Source of the DNA: Pseudomonadota bacterium
Lineage (GTDB): Bacteria; Bdellovibrionota; FAC87; UBA2466
DNA length: 21,715 nt
Reading direction: 5' to 3'
NCBI GenBank assembly: GCA_043767805.1
Contig: JAYUGC010000173.1
Span: forward strand, 1-21,715
The notes under the pieces are model-generated. The model saw only the letters and a program-made list of their open reading frames with translations, made no database searches and had not been told where the DNA came from. Below are positions 16,382-21,715 of the stretch, in pieces; the first letter of the stretch is position 1, and each line of letters starts with the position of its first letter. The translations under genes and the position numbers were made by a program.

Positions 16382-17949
16382 AGATCCGCCACTCGGTATT
16401 CTGGCCTCCGTTTCTGATGGTACTTGGCGCGCTCGCGCTGAATTTCCTCGATCCGGTTCGGTTTCTCGCTTGGGTCAACGGCCTCAATCAGTGGGTGCTC
16501 GGCCATTTCAGCACGTGGTTTGCCCTCTGTGGACTCGGTGCCATCGGGGTCGCGGTCGCGGTGTTCTTCTCGCCCATCGGAAAAACCAAAATGGGCGGAA
16601 CGGACGCGAAGCCGCTTCTGTCGTTTTTTAGCTGGGCTTGTGTCTCGGTCTGCGTGAATACCGGAGCGGGCATTCTGTTTTGGGGCATGGCCGAGCCGAT
16701 TTACCATCTGACCCAGCCGCCCGCTTCCTTACACCTCGTGCCCGGCTCCGCTCGCGCGGCCGAGTTCGCGATGTCGTCGCTTTTCATGCACTGGGCGTTC
16801 ACGCCCGCCGCGCTCTTTGCCATCCCCGGCCTGCTCTTCGGCTTGGTTTTTTACAATCTCGGTCTGCCCTTTTCCTTGAGCTCGTGTTTGCAGCCGCTGG
16901 TGGGCCCTCGCCTTCAAAAAAAGCTGAGCACGCCCATAGACGTCGTCGCGCTATACACTTTGGTTCTCGGCATGGCGGCGTCACTCGCCACGGGCGTGCT
17001 TACCGTCGCGGGCGGGATCAGTCACCTGACCGGCTGGGTGAGCGGGCCGATTCTGTGGATTGGGATTGGCATCGTCATCGTGGTGACTTTTCTAATCTCG
17101 GCAGCGCTCGGTCTCGATAAGGGCATCAAGAACCTGTCTCTCATCAATAGCTACTTTTTGATCTTTCTCGCCCTCTTCGTGCTGGTGACCGGCCTGCCCG
17201 CGATGGTGTTCTTCTTCGGAAAGCTGGGCTTGAGCGAGTACTTGCGGACGTTTCTCAGCCGCAGCCTATTTACCGAGTTCTCGGCAAACGATCCGTGGCC
17301 TCAGCAATGGCCCGTCTTTTACTGGGCTGTGTGGCTCGCTTGGGCGCCGATCTCGGCGGGCTTCCTGGGCCGCATCGGAGTCGGCTACACCGTACGCCAA
17401 TTCCTTTGGATAAACCTCGTCATCCCCGCCGTCTTTGCCATTGGTTGGATGGCCATTTTTGGCGGGACGTCTCTAGGTTTCGAAATGGGTCACCAGGGAG
17501 CGAGCCTCTCCGGTATTTTGACGAGCAGCGGTCCCGAAGCGCTTACCTATACGGTGCTCGCACGACTTCCTTGGTCGTCGGTCATCATTCCCATCTTTCT
17601 TGGACTCGCCGCGATTTCTTACGTCACCGCGGCGGACTCCAATACGGTCACCATGGCGGCCATGAGCACGACGGGCTTTACCGCGGACTCTCCGGAGCCG
17701 CCCCTTAGCTTGAAGATCATCTGGGGCGTTCTCGTGGGAACAGTCTCACTCGTCATGCTGGTCCGAAGCGGAATCGACGGCATCAAAACGCTGTCCTATT
17801 TGGGCGGCCTTCCTGCTCTCTTTTTTGAAATTGCGGCGGGAGCGAGCTTGATGGTGCTCGCTTGGGGCCCGGCCATCAAAGGTGCCATCGATAAATATTT
17901 CAAGAAGCCGAAACCAGAAGGAGACACAGTATGGAAAACCCCTGGGTAG
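16378..17949 (+). CDS. BCCT family (betaine/carnitine/choline) transporter
   Basis: About 12 TM segments. GILFWGMAEP, HW, GLDKGIKNLS, WPVFYWAVWLAWAP, GYTVRQF and VTAADS are BCCT signatures. ATGA overlap with the upstream gene. Confidence 0.92.
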   Translation: MKIRHSVFWPPFLMVLGALALNFLDPVRFLAWVNGLNQWVLGHFSTWFALCGLGAIGVAVAVFFSPIGKTKMGGTDAKPLLSFFSWACVSVCVNTGAGILFWGMAEPIYHLTQPPASLHLVPGSARAAEFAMSSLFMHWAFTPAALFAIPGLLFGLVFYNLGLPFSLSSCLQPLVGPRLQKKLSTPIDVVALYTLVLGMAASLATGVLTVAGGISHLTGWVSGPILWIGIGIVIVVTFLISAALGLDKGIKNLSLINSYFLIFLALFVLVTGLPAMVFFFGKLGLSEYLRTFLSRSLFTEFSANDPWPQQWPVFYWAVWLAWAPISAGFLGRIGVGYTVRQFLWINLVIPAVFAIGWMAIFGGTSLGFEMGHQGASLSGILTSSGPEALTYTVLARLPWSSVIIPIFLGLAAISYVTAADSNTVTMAAMSTTGFTADSPEPPLSLKIIWGVLVGTVSLVMLVRSGIDGIKTLSYLGGLPALFFEIAAGASLMVLAWGPAIKGAIDKYFKKPKPEGDTVWKTPG

Positions 17950-18731
17950 ACTTCATCGATCTCAAAAAATACCCGGTCGATGACCTGAACAACCCCTTGC
18001 GCGCGAAGCTCGTCGGCGAGTTCAAGTCCTCCCTGGAGCGCATGGGTGTTGCCGAAATCGAAGGCTTTCTGACCAAGACCGGAATCGAGCGGATAGTGCG
18101 CGAGTCGAGCGCCATCGAAGCCAAAGCCTTTCATAACGCTCTCGTCGGCAATGCTTACCTGGAAGATCCCGATCCGGCGCTTCCCGCGGACCACGCGCGC
18201 AAGATGACCGAAAAAACGGCGCTCGGCGCAATCGCCTACGATCAAATTCCAAGCGACCATCTCATCCGCCAGATTTACGAGTGGGACCCTTTGATGAAAT
18301 TCATCGGGGATATCGTCGGACTCGAAAAGATTTATCGCTACGGCGATCCCATGGGCGCGCTTAATATCGCCGTCATGAAGGACGGAGACTATCTGCGCTG
18401 GCACTTCGATCAGACCGATTTCGTGACCTCGCTCAGTATCCGGAACGCGGACAAGGGAGGCTACTTCGAGTATGCGCCGATGATCCGCACGCCGAATATG
18501 GAGAATTACGGCGCCGTGAAGTCGGTCATCCAAGGGAACCGGGACATGGTGCAGCTCGTCGAGAACAAGCCTGGGACTCTGGTACTTTTCAAAGGTCGTT
18601 ACTCCTTGCACCGAGTGACGCCCATCGAAGGAAAGACGAGTCGCCTCATGGGCCTCTTCGGCTACGACGCGAAACCCGGCACCCAAAGCAGCAACTATCT
18701 GAGACGCATTCGCTACGGACGGACTTTATGA
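17931..18731 (+). CDS. Fe(II)/2-oxoglutarate-dependent oxygenase, BesD/HalD-like fold (hydroxylase-type HxD)
   Basis: WHFD (HxD) ... GGYFEY ... PGTLVLFKGRYSLHRVTP ... R. GGAG RBS lies inside the BCCT 3' end. Confidence 0.8.
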   Translation: MENPWVDFIDLKKYPVDDLNNPLRAKLVGEFKSSLERMGVAEIEGFLTKTGIERIVRESSAIEAKAFHNALVGNAYLEDPDPALPADHARKMTEKTALGAIAYDQIPSDHLIRQIYEWDPLMKFIGDIVGLEKIYRYGDPMGALNIAVMKDGDYLRWHFDQTDFVTSLSIRNADKGGYFEYAPMIRTPNMENYGAVKSVIQGNRDMVQLVENKPGTLVLFKGRYSLHRVTPIEGKTSRLMGLFGYDAKPGTQSSNYLRRIRYGRTL

Positions 18732-20206
18732 AAGACCTAAAGCCTTGGCTCAAAACAGAAAAACGGCTCTACATCGGCGGCGCGTGGGTCGCCTCCGCCA
18801 AGGGCGCGAAGCTCGAGGCCATCAATCCCGCCACCGGCGAGATCCTGACCCGCATCTTCGAAGCGGGTGCCGATGACGTAGGTAAAGCGGCCGACGCCGC
18901 CCAAGAGGCTTTCCGCAAAGGCCCGTGGCGTAAGTTCACCCGCGCCGAGCGGGCGACGCGCATCCAGAGGCTCGGCCAGGTACTCCGATCCAATGCCGAG
19001 GAGCTCGCGACTTTAGAGACCTTGGACAACGGCAAAACCTACCTCGAGGCGCTTAACGACGATATGCCCGAGTCCGCGAACGTTTTCGATTATTACGCGG
19101 GCTGGATCGACAAACATTACGGCGAGTCGGTTCCCGTGGAGCAAGGCTTCGTCAACTTCACGAAGCACGAGCCCATCGGAGTTTGTGGCCTCATCGTTCC
19201 GTGGAACTTTCCCCTGCTCCTCGCGTGCTGGAAGCTCGCCCCGGCTTTGGCGATGGGAAACACCGTCGTCATCAAGCCTTCTCCTTTTACCTGCCTCTCG
19301 CTCATTCGGTTCGTCGAACTCGTGCACGAGGCGGGGATATTGCCGACCGGAGTTTTGAATCTCGTTACGGGTGGCAATGAAGCGGGCGAGGCGATGTCTC
19401 GCCATCCCCGCATCGACAAGCTCTCGTTCACGGGTTCCACCGCCGTGGGCAAGAAGATCGTCGAAGGGTCCGGGGCGTCCAACCTAAAGTCGCTGTCCCT
19501 AGAGCTGGGCGGTAAGTCTCCCAATATCATTTTCGACGACGTGAAGGATTTGGACGCGGTCATCAACCGCTCCTTCACCGCCATGTTCTCGCACAAGGCC
19601 GAGAAGTGCTCGGAGCCGACCCGCTTCCTGATTCAGGAAGGCGTCTACACTCGCGTCGCGGAGGCCTTGGCGAAAAAGGCCGAAGCCGTGATCTGTGGCG
19701 ATCCCTTCCATCCGCGCACTCAGCAGGGCGCGCAGTGCCACGAAGCGCATTTCCAGAAAATATTGAGCTACTGCGACATAGGCAAACAGGAAGGCGCGCA
19801 CCTTCTGGCTGGCGGCTCGCGCGACAAAAGCGCGGGCAACGAAAAAGGTCTCTTCATCCGTCCCACGATTTTTGGCGAAGTAAAGAGCAGCATGCGGATC
19901 GCCCGCGAGGAAATCTTCGGGCCCGTGCTCTGCTTGATCCGTTTCCGCGAGGAAGCCGAGGCCATCGAGATGGCCAACGATACGCCCTATGGGCTCGCGG
20001 CCGGTGTCTATACCGGCGATGCGACGAGAGCGCATCGGGTCGCGGATCGCTTGGAAGCGGGCATGGTTTTCGTAAATCATTACGGCTGCTATGATTTCGC
20101 GAGCCCCTTCGGCGGGATCAAACAAAGTGGCTGGGGCAAGGAAATGGCCCTGCACTCGCTCGCGGCTTATACGAGAACGCGCTCCATTTGGATTCGCTAC
20201 GAATAG
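18728..20206 (+). CDS. NAD(P)-dependent aldehyde dehydrogenase
   Basis: PWNFP, FTGSTAVG, LELGGKSP, catalytic Cys in EKCSE, EEIFGPV and PFGGIKQSG. ATGA overlap with the upstream gene. Confidence 0.95.
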   Translation: MKDLKPWLKTEKRLYIGGAWVASAKGAKLEAINPATGEILTRIFEAGADDVGKAADAAQEAFRKGPWRKFTRAERATRIQRLGQVLRSNAEELATLETLDNGKTYLEALNDDMPESANVFDYYAGWIDKHYGESVPVEQGFVNFTKHEPIGVCGLIVPWNFPLLLACWKLAPALAMGNTVVIKPSPFTCLSLIRFVELVHEAGILPTGVLNLVTGGNEAGEAMSRHPRIDKLSFTGSTAVGKKIVEGSGASNLKSLSLELGGKSPNIIFDDVKDLDAVINRSFTAMFSHKAEKCSEPTRFLIQEGVYTRVAEALAKKAEAVICGDPFHPRTQQGAQCHEAHFQKILSYCDIGKQEGAHLLAGGSRDKSAGNEKGLFIRPTIFGEVKSSMRIAREEIFGPVLCLIRFREEAEAIEMANDTPYGLAAGVYTGDATRAHRVADRLEAGMVFVNHYGCYDFASPFGGIKQSGWGKEMALHSLAAYTRTRSIWIRYE

Positions 20207-21415
20207 ATGCCCAAGATTACCGACATCAAGCTCGTGCCCGTTCAAGGCGCTTACTACTACGAGGACATTGCCGCGCTTCAGGCGGCATCGGTCCCCGAAG
20301 CTGAGCGCTGGTTCGCGCCCGCAGTCACGCCAGGATTTCAGCGCGTGCGCGAGATAGCCGAAGCGGTTTCCGTGGGCTTGGTCCTCGATTCTGGCCGCGT
20401 TTACTGGGGCGATGCCATCGCCGTCTCTTACTCTGGAAAAGCGGGACGTAAAGGCGTGTTTCGATCGAAAGCGGGCATAGAGGAGATGACCCGTCTGCTC
20501 CGTCCCGCTCTCCTAGGCGAAGACGTCGCCTCATTTCGTAAGCTCGCCGAGAACGTCGACGCGCTCGATCTACACAACGCCTCCCGATACGGCGCGAGCC
20601 AAGCGCTGCTTCAAGCCACGGCCGAAGTGGCGGGCGTTACCATGACTCAAGTCCTTTGCCGCGAGTGGGCTTTGCCGCTCGTCGCCTCTCCCATTCCGTT
20701 ACAAGGATCTTGCGGAAACGATCGCTACGACAACGCCGATAAGATGATCGCTAATCGCTTAGCGGCGCTGCCTCATACCCAGGTCGACGATATCCCGGCC
20801 CAGCTCGGTTTGCGGGGCGAAGTTTTACTCGAGTACGTGCGGTGGCTGAAAAAACGTATCCAGGCGTTTGGTTTCGCGGGTTATTCGCCCACCCTGCACC
20901 TCGACGTCCACGGAAGTATCGGTCAGATCTTCAAAGGGGACATTTCCCGGGTAGCAGAGTACCTGAGGACTCTCGAAGCGGAGGTCGCGCCTTTTGCTTT
21001 GCGCATGGAAAGCGTCTTCATCGCAACCACCCGTCAGGAACAGATCGACTGTCTCTTTAAGCTCAAAGTGCGGCTGGCGGAGGCGGGCTCGGCGACAAAA
21101 TTAGTTGCCGACGAGTGGGCCAACACGAAAGCCGACATCGCGGAGTTCGCGCGCTCGGGCGCCGTGCACATGATTCACGTAAAGATGCCCGACTTGGGCA
21201 GCCTTCACCAAAGTCTCGAAGCCGTTTTGGACTGCCGCAAGCAGGGCGTGGAAACCTTACTCGGCGGAAGCTGCATCGAAACCGACATCTCCACGCGCGC
21301 CTCAATCCACGTGGCCCTCGCCAGCCGCCCAAACGTATTTCTCACCAAGCCCGGCATGGGCGTAAACGAAGCCATCGCCTTCTGCCGCAACGAAATGTCC
21401 CGCACCCTCAGCTAA
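20207..21415 (+). CDS. mal: Methylaspartate ammonia-lyase homologue (enolase superfamily), divergent active site
   Basis: TPGF..VRE.AEAVSV, YSG..GR, RYGASQALL, NDRYDNADKMI, LPH, HLDVHG, ADEWANT, KMPDLG, GGSCIETD and KPGMG. Starts immediately after the ALDH stop. Confidence 0.88.
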   Translation: MPKITDIKLVPVQGAYYYEDIAALQAASVPEAERWFAPAVTPGFQRVREIAEAVSVGLVLDSGRVYWGDAIAVSYSGKAGRKGVFRSKAGIEEMTRLLRPALLGEDVASFRKLAENVDALDLHNASRYGASQALLQATAEVAGVTMTQVLCREWALPLVASPIPLQGSCGNDRYDNADKMIANRLAALPHTQVDDIPAQLGLRGEVLLEYVRWLKKRIQAFGFAGYSPTLHLDVHGSIGQIFKGDISRVAEYLRTLEAEVAPFALRMESVFIATTRQEQIDCLFKLKVRLAEAGSATKLVADEWANTKADIAEFARSGAVHMIHVKMPDLGSLHQSLEAVLDCRKQGVETLLGGSCIETDISTRASIHVALASRPNVFLTKPGMGVNEAIAFCRNEMSRTLS

Positions 21416-21494
21416 AAGGTGTGTGGATACTTTTAGCCACGGCAAATCCCGTGCCGGCATTGGCTAAAAGTATCCACACACCTTTTAGCTGAGG
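21406..21494. repeat. Perfect 34-bp inverted repeat with 21-nt spacer and internally palindromic arms (REP/MITE-like; possible bidirectional terminator)
   Basis: CCTCAGCTAAAAGGTGTGTGGATACTTTTAGCCA (21406-21439) and its exact reverse complement (21461-21494). Includes both convergent TAA stops. Confidence 0.9.
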
Positions 21495-21715
21495 AGTTGG
21501 CGGAGGGTTTGGTGGTCGATGTTGGAGCCGGAGAGGATGATGGCTGTCTTTTGGAAGGCGAGCTTGTCTTTGAGCTTGAGGAGACCCGCGAGTCCGGCTG
21601 CGCCCGCTCCTTCGGCGAGATTGTGGGTGGTCCTAAGGAGCAGCCTCAAGGCGAAACGGATCTCGTCGTCTGTGACCGTAATAAAATCGTGGAGGCCGGT
21701 CTTCAAGGCGCCGAA
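21485..21715 (-). CDS. PLP-dependent threonine/serine dehydratase family protein, C-terminal part (truncated by window edge)
   Basis: VTDDEI...LAEGAGAAGLAG...AIILSGSNID is the fold-type II dehydratase C-terminal motif. Frame is open to the window end. Confidence 0.85.
   Translation of the reverse strand, partial: FGALKTGLHDFITVTDDEIRFALRLLLRTTHNLAEGAGAAGLAGLLKLKDKLAFQKTAIILSGSNIDHQTLRQLLS

Noticed and set aside
17931..18731. Radical halogenase call (BesD/HalD)
   Set aside because: The motif is HxD, not HxG/HxA, so there is no open halide site.
17796..20245. Long minus-strand ORFs (296 aa, 248 aa and others) within the operon
   Set aside because: Antisense shadows of GC-biased coding genes, with no recognisable domains.
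20207..21415. Classical glutamate fermentation (mesaconate) or methylaspartate-cycle locus
   Set aside because: No glutamate mutase or mesaconase genes in the window, several pocket residues differ, and the operon contains an O2-dependent enzyme.
21406..21494. CRISPR repeat or autonomous IS
   Set aside because: The repeats are inverted rather than direct with spacers, and there is no cas or transposase gene in the window.
15176..21715. Canonical ectoine (eut/doe) or choline (betABT) cluster
   Set aside because: No EutE/DoeB deacetylase, aminotransferase, cyclodeaminase or BetA. The M24 motifs are DddP-like.

Overview
GC-rich bacterial chromosomal window. The gene content (TIGR04565-like OM barrel, DksA, several sigma-54 promoters) suggests Bdellovibrionota or a Myxococcota-like deltaproteobacterial lineage; this is inference. 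The first 15 kb is mostly envelope and housekeeping genes: GT4 and GT9 glycosyltransferases, a TlpA-like thioredoxin, several OM beta-barrels, dksA, HU, LysR, priA and lpxC. It also holds two sigma-54-preceded accessory loci: a secreted Gly/Tyr/Cys- and Pro-rich low-complexity protein, and a HEXXH lipoprotein coupled to an OM barrel. The most interesting part is a tightly coupled five-gene operon at 15176-21415: DddP-like M24 metalloenzyme, BCCT transporter, BesD/HalD-like Fe(II)/2OG oxygenase, aldehyde dehydrogenase and a methylaspartate ammonia-lyase homologue. The MAL homologue and transporter have remodelled substrate pockets and the ALDH has an atypical catalytic loop. I read this as a candidate undescribed uptake and catabolism pathway for an onium/amine osmolyte. 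A TAAAAGGT-based palindrome family also marks convergent gene junctions and supplies stop codons, and a ~160-nt structured element lies upstream of dksA. Residue comparisons are by eye against remembered reference motifs, not computed alignments.
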